From Firmicutes bacterium UBA5435 (lineage in GTDB: Bacteria > Bacillota > UBA5435), in contig DIRN01000059.1 of assembly GCA_002426645.1 (NCBI GenBank), positions 821-64,820 of the forward strand: a stretch of 64,000 nt of DNA, read 5' to 3'. Below, piece by piece: positions 1 to 8,523 of the stretch (position 1 is the stretch's first letter; each line of letters begins with the position of its first letter). The translations under genes were made by a program, and so were the position numbers. The notes under the pieces were generated by a model, which saw only the letters and a list, made by a program, of their open reading frames with translations, searched no databases and had not been told where the DNA came from.

Positions 1-2040
1 TAGAGCATGTAGGATCAATGATAAGTTCCAACAACACAACATGCAATGGCAGAAGCAGCAAGTCAGCAGGCTTAATCCCAAGCATGGGTGCAAGTAAGGA
101 TGCAAAGGCAATTGGGATATGCACGCTCAACACATAACCCACTGCTTTACGGATATTATCATATATTCGTCTGCCATCCCTAACAGTGTGTATAATAGTT
201 GAAAAGTTATCGTCCATTAAAATCAGATCAGCGGCTTCACGAGAAACTTCACTACCTCTTTTGCCCATAGCAATACCAATATCGGCATTTTTTAGTGCCG
301 GAGCATCGTTGACTCCATCACCTGTCATGGCAACAATTTCACCGTTATCCTTGAACGCCTTGACGATTCGCATTTTATGTTCGGGAATAACGCGTGAAAA
401 GATGCTGACAGTTTTCACCTTGTCACACAATTCTTCATCGTCCATCTCATTTAACATGTCACCTGTGATAATATTATCGTAATTAGACATACCGATCTTC
501 TTTGCAATGGACGATGCGGTAATACCATTATCTCCCGTAATCATAATAACGCGAATACCCGCTTTCTTGCAGACTTCTATATCGTGCTTTACGCTTTCTC
601 TTACCGGATCAGCAAGGCCAATAAGGCCGCAAAGCGTTAATTTACAGTCAACGATTTGATTGGGTATTTCCTCTCTTGTTTGTGGCTTCATCATGCCGAC
701 CGCGATCACACGTAACCCTTGCATAGACATTTCTGTGATCTTATGCTCTGCAATTTCTCTATCATTATCCGATAGATCACAGATGGTTAAAATGTGTTCA
801 GGCGAGCCCTTTGCTGCAATAATAAATGAGTTGTCACGATACCATACATGCCCCATCATTTTTAACTCATTCGTAAAAGCATATTCAGTAATAAGTTGGC
901 CACTAAACAAATCTTTTTTGGATATACCAATGCTTTCGCAATGAGAAAGCATTGCTTTTTCCATAGGATCGTATGGAGCGATTTCGCAACCAAGTCCCAT
1001 AATTTCACATAGATTATGCTCGTCTCCATCAAGCGCCCATGTATCTTGAACGGTCATCTGATTCATGGTTATGGTGCCTGTTTTATCAACACAAAGTACC
1101 GATATCTCGCCTAAGGTTTCAACCGAAGGCAATTTACGCACAAGTGATTGCTTCTTTGCAAGCCGCCATGCAGCCATAGATAGAAATACAGTCAAAATAA
1201 CAGGGAATTCCTCAGGGATCATTGCCATAGCAAGTGTGATACCTGAAAGGATGCTTTCTATAATTCTGTCACTAAAAGCATGATCTGGAATATTAAAATA
1301 GGTGATCATGGCAACAAGCGTAAATAACAATGCTGCAATTCCGGCACATGTTTTCACAAGACTGCTAGTTTGCTTTTGAAGGGGTGTTGCTTCGTCAGTG
1401 GCAGCAGCGACATTCACTCCAATTTTACCGTATTCAGTTGAGGTACCGATTTTATCAACCTGTACGATAGCAGTGCCTTGGGTGACCAGTGTACCCGCAT
1501 AGCAATAGTCACGACGCCAGTAATCGGTTGATGGCTCTGCGTTATCAATAGTTACTTTCCAAATACCATCTGCTTCTCCTGTTAAAGTGGATTCATCTAC
1601 ACATAGGTCGTTGCACCTAACCACAACACCATCAGCAGGAATCTTTACTCCTTCATAGATTATCATAAGGTCTCCGGGAACAAGGTCGCTACTTAAGATC
1701 TTGGTTTTCGTATCGTCCCGGATGACGGTGATGTGAGGAGCAGATAGGTCTTTGAGCGCATTCAGCGTTTTATCTGTTTTCCATTCTTGAATGACGTCAA
1801 TGCTAATAATGCCGATGACGAATATAAGCATCATAGCTCCGTCACGCGGTTCACCAAGGACAAAATAGATGATTGCTGCAACAAGTAACAGCATAAACAT
1901 TGGCTCTAAAATAATGTCTAGCACCTTGCGGAAGAAACTTTCTTTATTCTGCGGAGTTAGTTCGTTCTTCCCATATTGCTCCTGCAATTTCTTTGCTTGA
2001 GCAGAAGTCAGCCCCTTCAGTGATTGTTTTTTTCTTGTCA
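1..2040 (-). CDS. P2-type cation-transporting ATPase (Ca2+/Mg2+-ATPase-like). The start codon is at 2040 and the C-terminus runs off the window start.
   Basis: Translating the minus strand from the ATG (revcomp of 2038-2040) gives MTRKKQSLKGLTSAQAKKLQEQYGKNELTPQNKESFFRKVLD... The protein carries DKTGTIT (phosphorylation site), TGDN and GDGVNDAPALKNADIGIAMG motifs. The frame stays open to position 1. It is absent from the ORF track because its stop lies left of the window. Confidence 0.9.
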
Positions 2041-2127
2041 TAAAGTTTACCCCCGTTTTTACCTTCTGGTATTTGTTCATAGCTCTATGGCACTCCATTC
2101 AGTTTTTATGCTTCCACAGAAAGGGTT

Positions 2128-2171
2128 AAAAAAACACATCTGCGGAACATATCACTGTCCCACAGATGTGT
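2128..2171 (-). terminator. Intrinsic terminator-like hairpin inside the ATPase 5' leader (attenuator or expression-platform candidate)
   Basis: The minus strand has a 9-bp perfect stem (acacatctg / cagatgtgt) around a 20-nt loop, followed by 7 U (forward A-run 2128-2134). It lies between the promoter and the start codon. Confidence 0.45.
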
Positions 2172-2301
2172 ATAATGTCATCTGCTGCCACCAAGGTGGC
2201 CCAGCCCCAGGAACCGCCTTGCGGTTCATCGCCTGCTCAGTTTGTACTGTTGATCTCGCATTCCTTTTGCAGAATGTAATGCAGTGCAAAGAGATATTTT
2301 T

Positions 2302-2330
2302 ATTATATGATAGGCTAAGCTAATTGTCAA
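2302..2330 (-). promoter_or_regulatory. Sigma-A type promoter for the P-type ATPase (TTGACA, 17 nt, TATAAT)
   Basis: The minus strand reads ttgaca attagcttagcctatca tataat. The -35 is at 2325-2330 and the -10 at 2302-2307. This is a canonical hexamer pair with 17-nt spacing, about 255 nt upstream of the start codon. Confidence 0.5.
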
Positions 2331-2359
2331 CATCATAGATTTACCAATTTACCAGATGG

Positions 2360-2587
2360 ATGCTCTTTTATCCGTTATAACTTTTTAAGATCATTAAAAT
2401 TTTGACTTGTCCAAGTTGTGCTGCAAAGATTGAGGCGGCTGTGAGAAGAATAAAGGGAGTTTCAAATGCTGAGGTGCTCTTTAATTCAAGTAAACTCAAA
2501 GTATCTTATAATGAAAGTACGTTAAGTGATGGGAAGATTAAAGAGACAGTTAATGGTTTAGGCTATAAAGTACTAGGGGAAAAGTGA
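2360..2587 (+). CDS. Heavy-metal-associated (HMA) domain protein. It is either a copper-chaperone-like protein or a detached N-terminal domain of the downstream ATPase.
   Basis: Translation gives MLFYRYNLFKIIKILTCPSCAAKIEAAVRRIKGVSNAEV..., which carries the MTCxxC-type metal-binding motif. The ATG at 2360 is in frame with the TTG at 2402 used by the ORF track. Confidence 0.55.
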
Positions 2588-2620
2588 GTTTACATGGATT
2601 AAGAGAGGAGAAATGATATA

Positions 2621-4091
2621 ATGAAGATGAAGAAGCGAGATAGACTTTTAATATCTGGGATTCTAATTATCCTTTCTCTATCCCTTAATAAGCTCTATAC
2701 TGGTTTATCAGATCTTCTGATGATAGCTGCAGCTGTTACATTTCTCTTTATGTTAGGGAATTATCTGGAGTCAAGGACTCTTCAAAAGACTAGAACTGCT
2801 ATAAAGGCTCTTTTAGATTTAGCGCCAGATAGAGCAAGCGTCCTTAGGGATGGAATGGAGATAGAAGTATCCCCAGATGAAGTCATTAAAGGCGATGAAG
2901 TATTTTCAGGAACAATTATTAAATCAGGCTATTTGAAGATAAGGGCAGATAGAGTAGGAGAGGACACTACATTTTCTCGTATTGTACAGATGGTAGAGGA
3001 AACTCAGGATAAGAAGGCAAAGACTCAGAAGTTCCTTGAGATATTCTCTAGATACTATACACCGTCGATTATAGTATTATCTGTGATAACTTTTCTAGTA
3101 ACTAGAGATCTTGGTCTTTTTCTTACTCTACTAGTTATTTCGTGTCCAGGTGCGCTTGTTATCTCCACTCCAGTTTCAATAGTTGCAGGTATAGGGAACG
3201 GAGCAAAGAATGGGGTCCTAATTAAAGGTGGAGAAATCCTTGAAAAGCTGGGGAATATAAAGGTTTTAGCATTTGATAAGACTGGTACCCTTACTATTGG
3301 AAAGCCTAAAGTAACAAATATTAAAGCATTTGGTATAGGTGAAGATGAACTCTTAGAGTTAACAGCTAATGTTGAAATGTATTCAGAGCATCCTTTAGCA
3401 AGGGCCATCTTGGAGGAAAGCTAATGATAAACTAAAAAGTGGTTTTACACCACCTGAAGAGTCCCAAATCATTATAGGACAAGGGATTAAGGCAACTTTA
3501 AAGGGAAAGACTATACTTGTGGGGAATAATAGGCTTCTCAAAGAGAATGGGGTTACTTTACCTGAATATATAGAATCATATATTAAAGCTGAAGAATCAT
3601 ATGGTCAAACAGCAGTTATTGTTTCAGAACTTGATAGGGTACTTGGAGTAATCTCCATAGCAGATGCTATAAGAGCTGGTATAGATAGATTGATTATTAG
3701 ACTTAAGGAATTAGGCATAAGAAAGATAGTTATGTTGACCGGTGATAATGAAAGAGCAGCACATGCCATAGCAAAGAAGTTAGGCATAGATAGTTATTAC
3801 GCTGAATTACTTCCTGAAGATAAGGTTTCTATACTTAAAAGGCTACAGGATGAGATTGGGCAAACTGTAATGGTTGGAGATGGTGTAAACGATGCTCCTG
3901 CCCTAGCATCTGCAGACCTTGGGATAGCTGTAGGCGGAGCTAACAACGACATATTAGTTGTAGCTATACTATTACTAGGAGTTCTAGCTAAATTTGTGTT
4001 CCTTTCATCAGGAATGCTCATACACGAGCTACGTGTTTTGCTAGTTATATTGAATGCGATACGGTTATTGAAGTATAGAGAGAAAGAATGA
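2621..4091 (+). pseudogene. P1B-type heavy-metal-translocating ATPase, disrupted (frameshift near 3420-3520, truncated N-terminal TM region and C-terminus)
   Basis: The two listed ORFs (2621-3424 and 3519-4091) carry the actuator and phosphorylation regions (DKTGTLT) and the hinge (VGDGVNDAPALASADLGIAVGG). A third frame between them reads ...QGIKATLKGKTILVGNNRLL, bridging the two. The membrane CPC motif reads SCPGAL. Only two TM helices precede the A-domain. The C-terminal TM region is shortened. Confidence 0.75.
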
Positions 4092-4127
4092 ATAATAGAA
4101 GTTCAGTAGTATGCATAAGTTTAAAGT

Positions 4128-4154
4128 CCCCCCTAAATTGAGGTCTTAGGGGGG
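4128..4154 (+). terminator. Hairpin after the ATPase remnant (weak terminator)
   Basis: cccccctaa attgaggtc ttagggggg forms a 9-bp stem. The downstream U tract is poor (attcatt). Confidence 0.3.
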
Positions 4155-4547
4155 ATTCATTATGGACGTGTTGGTCATGGAAGTATTTATAAGTGATAGA
4201 AAAAGGTATTCGTATGGAGGAGTTTTGTTAGTTTTGTAGAATATGGAGAATTATATAATCAGCTAAAAATCCATTGAAAATATAGAGGCTGTATGTGCTG
4301 TGTAGAGACATATAGGAGTTGTAACGTTGTTTCTCACGTTACGACCACACAGCTTTCCGAGTTTTACCAAAAGTATGGTTACGGTTGTTTTTCCGAAAGA
4401 ACAATCGTGAAATATATCCAATTATTTACATAATGCGAGAAAAGAAGTGTACAGATTTAAATTGATACTAGAAGGGGGATCGTACTGTTCAAAAGGGTAA
4501 TTCAGAGCAAATTAATTGTTGAATAATAAAAGCTAATTCGCAAATAT

Positions 4548-5302
4548 GTGGGCGAGATGAAAATGAGGGATTTTAGTAGAGCAACTCAAAAGGCCCATCT
4601 AGGTTACATTGAGCGGTGGCTTCTCTGGCAGAAAGAGAGTGAAAGAGTTCTGAATGATCGTAACGTCAAGTCTTTTATTCTCCATCTTGTTGATGTCAGG
4701 AACTGCTCGCATTCTTACGTTAATCAGGCCATTAGTGCTCTAAAGTTATTCCACGAGTTAGTATTGGGTCAAGGGTGGCAATTTGAACAAATTCGACATC
4801 CCAAAAAGATAACTTGTTTGCCAAAGGTGTTAAGCAAACAAGAGGTTGCTAAGTTAATTAGTGCCTTAACAGATTTAAAACATAGATCTCTTATGGTTAT
4901 GTTGTATTCGGCTAGATTACGTGCTGGGGAAGTAGTATGCTGATGCCCGAAGGCATCGACAGCTCGCGAATGCTGGTGTTGATTAGAACGGGAAAAGATG
5001 GCAAAGACAGAGTCTCAATTCTTCCGGATTTGGCTCGTACTGTGCTCCGGAAGTATTGTCGGGAACATAAGCCACAAAAGTGGTTATTCCCTAGAGCGAA
5101 GCCTGGCTCGCATATCACCGAGCATACAGTGCAAAAGGGGTTTATCCGGGAGAAAGAGAAGACGGGAATTCATAAAGATGCCTCAGTACATAGCCTTCGC
5201 TGTTCTTTAGCAACCCATTTGTTAGAAGTTAGAACGGCTCTTCGCTATATTTTAGAATTGCTTAGGCGTCTAAGAAAACAAGTTAAGCAAAATTCTCACT
5301 AA
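4548..5302 (+). pseudogene. Tyrosine recombinase / phage-type integrase remnant (N-terminally truncated, frameshift near 4937, degraded C-terminus)
   Basis: ORF 4548-4943 carries a SAM-like core-binding region (AHLGYIERWLLW...) and the start of the catalytic domain (LMVMLYSARLRAGEVV). ORF 4937-5302 continues in another frame with GKDGKDRVSILPDLARTVLRKY and the HSLRCSLATHLLE (HxxR) box. The tail RYILELLRRLRKQ replaces the usual ...GH...Y catalytic end. Confidence 0.75.
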
Positions 5303-5362
5303 TTTGGGCTGATGGCGGCATGGTACCGCCATAAAATGAAGCACCATATTTGAGGTGATATA

Positions 5363-6100
5363 GTGAAAACTTGGGAAGATAAGATTGATATAAGTAAAGA
5401 CCAGTGGCGAGATCTTTTGTCTAACGAAGAAGTTATAAAGAAAGAAGATTTTAATCTTTTGAAGCAAGTTTATTTTAGTAAAAATCATATGGCTACAGGA
5501 TCACAATTAGCCAAGTTAATGGATATGGGCCATCATGGACCATTAAACCTACAAGTAGGCAGGATGTCTAAAAGAATTATTGAAAGGCTCAATGTCGAAA
5601 CATCAAAAAGAAGTGATGGAAGAGATAGATGGTGGCATGTTCCTTTTTTAGGAATGAAGGATGAAGAAGGTTTTCACTGGATTTTAAGACCTGAGCTTAA
5701 AGCCGCCATGGATACTATACTGAAAGAAAATGAAAGTTTCAACTTTCATAATAAGTTAGAGTTCAATATTTCTGAGACTCATTTTGAAGGAGCAAAAAAA
5801 CAAGTTTATGCAAATGCTTATGAAAGAAATCCGATCGCAAGGAAAAAATGTATAAGCCATTACGGATGGAAGTGTGTAATATGTGGTTTTGATTTTATAG
5901 CGACTTATGGAGAGATTGGAGAGAATACAATACACGTTCATCATAAAAAGCCTTTATCTGAGATTAGTGATCAGTATATTGTTGATCCTGTTAAAGATTT
6001 AATTCCGGTTTGCCCAAACTGCCATGTAATAATACATAAAAAAACTCCACCTTATACAATGGAAGAAGTAAAAGAAATGATTGAGAGAAACAAGAAATGA
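5363..6100 (+). CDS. HNH endonuclease with an unassigned ~150-aa N-terminal domain (McrA/COG3183-like; candidate modification-dependent restriction enzyme)
   Basis: The C-terminus reads CISHYGWKCVICGFDF...IHVHHKKPLSEI...LIPVCPNCHVIIHKK, i.e. CxxC...HH...CxxCH, a zinc-finger HNH. GTG start at 5363 is preceded by a GAGGTGA RBS. Confidence 0.75.
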   Translation: MKTWEDKIDISKDQWRDLLSNEEVIKKEDFNLLKQVYFSKNHMATGSQLAKLMDMGHHGPLNLQVGRMSKRIIERLNVETSKRSDGRDRWWHVPFLGMKDEEGFHWILRPELKAAMDTILKENESFNFHNKLEFNISETHFEGAKKQVYANAYERNPIARKKCISHYGWKCVICGFDFIATYGEIGENTIHVHHKKPLSEISDQYIVDPVKDLIPVCPNCHVIIHKKTPPYTMEEVKEMIERNKK

Positions 6101-6287
6101 CGCCATCCTGGCTATTACATGGATGGCAGGGACTTCGCTTAACAGCAAGGGCTTTAGCTCGCGGGGCGCCGTTAGTGGCTCATATATTGAATCAAGAAAG
6201 TCAAATCATGTAGAATACGCACCCATATTGATTCGCCAAGTGCGGACGCGCTAAGGGCCATCGACGTCAAGAACCCACGGAAGTTAT

Positions 6288-6755
6288 GTGAAACAATGGC
6301 ATGATTTTTGGAGTTTTAATAGATTAAATGACGCATCTTTAATCAAAATAGAGGATCTTCTATGGCATAGGCCATTTTCCTGGGTTGGATTTGAGCAGGT
6401 TAATAAACTCAAACCTATTCTCGATATTACGGGAGTTTATCTACTTACATTTGAGTATAAAGATGAGTATATTTTACGCTCAGCAGGCGTAACAAACTCG
6501 ATGAAAAGGCGGTTTCCTCAACATACTCGCGAATATAGGAAAGGAAATTATACTGTTCTTGATGTTGAATATGCTAAAATTGGCGTACGGAAAGAAATAT
6601 GGCATGGTTGGGAATATGCAAAAGAACATCGGGATGAATTTTTCGAACATAAGGATTTCATACTACAATTTGTTAAAAAGAGCTTGAGGCCTATAAATTA
6701 TTCATCACCGAGGTTACAGACAAAAGAAAAAGAGAAAGAATTGAATTTGCCATAA
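6288..6755 (+). CDS. GIY-YIG nuclease-domain protein (tentative)
   Basis: GVYLLTFEYKDEYILRSAGVTNSMKRRFPQHTREY matches the GIY-(x9)-YIG...R...H...E layout. GTG start at 6288. Confidence 0.5.
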   Translation: MKQWHDFWSFNRLNDASLIKIEDLLWHRPFSWVGFEQVNKLKPILDITGVYLLTFEYKDEYILRSAGVTNSMKRRFPQHTREYRKGNYTVLDVEYAKIGVRKEIWHGWEYAKEHRDEFFEHKDFILQFVKKSLRPINYSSPRLQTKEKEKELNLP

Positions 6756-7374
6756 TGCAAAGTATTTATAGTCCAAATGAACCTTGGGCTGACTTAGTTG
6801 ATGGTGGAATGGCTTTAAGAGGAAGGTTTAACGATGAAATTCCGATTGAAGTAAGAAATGTTTGTTCATATAAAGTATATGGACTTCCAGAAAAACTAGA
6901 AATATAGAAAGTCTTATTTATGAAGTAAGGGCTGTAGGTATTTGGGGTGAATCTGTAAATTCTGTATAGCCAATGAAGCCAATGTCACTACTCTATATAA
7001 TACGATATTGCCGCTTTGGGTCGCGGAAAAATCAATTTGAGATGTCGTAAACGGTAGCCAGGAAGCATTTAGGGGCTAATGTACTTGATTCCGGAAACGC
7101 TTGGACGTTATATGATATGTTCCAGATAAGGGGCTTTTAAGAAAGAATTATTTAGCTTTAAGAATTATAGGTTTCCTCAGAATTCATCTTCGGATATCTT
7201 TAGTTGTTTTTTGAAATTAGCTTCCAATGGTTTATATTAGGATTTCTTTAGGTGCAAAGTCCTATAAGACTCGCTTGCGCGGCATTGCGGATCACTGGAG
7301 GATTCAAGTAGAGAAATAGCGATGCCGAATTGGCTGCAAAGGCCTTACCTTTGAAAGAATAAGGGGGGAAGTCA

Positions 7375-7683
7375 ATGGTTAAGATCATTTCTAAAATAAT
7401 AAACATAATCCTGTGTATTATATTTCCTATTAGTGCATATATTGCGTTATTTTCACCAATGATGTTTGACGCGCCAGGGTCAACAGAAGACATCTTTGTA
7501 TGGTTCCTTTTTATATTAGTTTCTACTTTTCCATTAGTTATTTTAATCTCAGTAGTTACTTCATTTAAAATGCTGAAGTTAGAAGAAGGAAATAGAAAAG
7601 CTCTCGTTTTTAGCTTGTTGCCTAATATCAATATTATCCTCTTTTTTCTTACGATTTGGCTTTTAAAATGGAAGTCTTCTTAG
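7375..7683 (+). CDS. Small hydrophobic membrane protein (3 predicted TM segments)
   Basis: A strong RBS (aagggggg) sits 6 nt before the ATG. The protein is very hydrophobic. The overlapping minus-strand ORF 7248-7631 is judged spurious. Confidence 0.45.
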   Translation: MVKIISKIINIILCIIFPISAYIALFSPMMFDAPGSTEDIFVWFLFILVSTFPLVILISVVTSFKMLKLEEGNRKALVFSLLPNINIILFFLTIWLLKWKSS

Positions 7684-7952
7684 ATGAAATAAGTGTTAGC
7701 TTAATATTTCGGCCACATAGGGTTTTGTCAATGTATAGTAGGTACAACTGTCAGTTTAAAGAGCATCCGAGCAAGGACGCGAAAAATGTTGATTATGGAC
7801 ATAGTCTATATCCGTAATAAAAGTTCACATCAGAAGATTGATCATTAATGGATTTAGAAGTAAAAAGAATGTGTGCCTATAAAGGGATTGTGGTTGGTTT
7901 GTAGAATATGGAGGATAACATATAAAATCAACAAGAAAGAGGGGTAAGAAGA

Positions 7953-8462
7953 TTGCGCAGAAGTATTTTAATGGCTATAGTCTTTACGACATTGCTAGTT
8001 TTTCTAGTAGGACGTGGTTATTGCTCAGTCGCGGAAGTAACAGGTACTGATGTAAATGCTACGGATGCGGAGGGCGTGACGGCTCTAATGTATTCTGCTG
8101 CACGGAATGAAAGCCCGGAAGTAATAAGTGCTCTTATAGAGGCAGGAGCACATGTAAACGTTGGTAATGAAGATGGTGTAACTCCCCTAATGTGTGCTGC
8201 TTACTGTAATATAAACGCAGAGGTTATTAGAGTCTTTATAAATAGTGGAACTGATGTGAATGTGAAGGATAGAAACGGCATGGCTGCCTTGATACATACT
8301 GCTGGATGGAATGAGGACCCAGAGGTCATAGATGTTCTTCTAGATGCTGGAGCTGACGCATCACTAAAAGATGACTTCGGGAAGACCGCATTTGATTATG
8401 CAACGGAAAATGAGAACGTAAGAGGAACAGCTACCTACTGGAGATTACTGATGTTAGGTTAA
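7953..8462 (+). CDS. Secreted ankyrin-repeat protein (signal peptide plus at least 4 ANK repeats)
   Basis: The N-terminus MRRSILMAIVFTTLLVFLVG has a signal-peptide shape. Repeated DAEGVTALMYSAARNESPEVISALIEAGAHVN and NEDGVTPLMCAA... units are ankyrin consensus. Confidence 0.8.
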   Translation: MRRSILMAIVFTTLLVFLVGRGYCSVAEVTGTDVNATDAEGVTALMYSAARNESPEVISALIEAGAHVNVGNEDGVTPLMCAAYCNINAEVIRVFINSGTDVNVKDRNGMAALIHTAGWNEDPEVIDVLLDAGADASLKDDFGKTAFDYATENENVRGTATYWRLLMLG

Positions 8463-8523
8463 AGTAAGAATAATTAGTGTTAAAAGATGGTTTGTGGTAA
8501 AGGAGGGTATAGGTTAGATAGTT

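Noticed and set aside
186-2323. Plus-strand ORFs 186-482, 660-944, 1065-1283 and 2024-2323 from the six-frame track
   Set aside because: They lie antisense to a continuous, motif-rich minus-strand P-type ATPase ORF. They have low-complexity Ser/Ile-rich composition and no RBS.
2041-2330. Assigning the ATPase leader specifically to the M-box or yybP-ykoY class
   Set aside because: I looked for the signature segments I recall for those classes and did not find them. The element is reported only as a generic riboswitch or attenuator candidate.
3055-4021. Minus-strand ORFs 3055-3408, 3605-3787 and 3797-4021
   Set aside because: They are antisense shadows of the heavy-metal ATPase remnant, with no motifs and Ser/Pro/Thr-biased composition.
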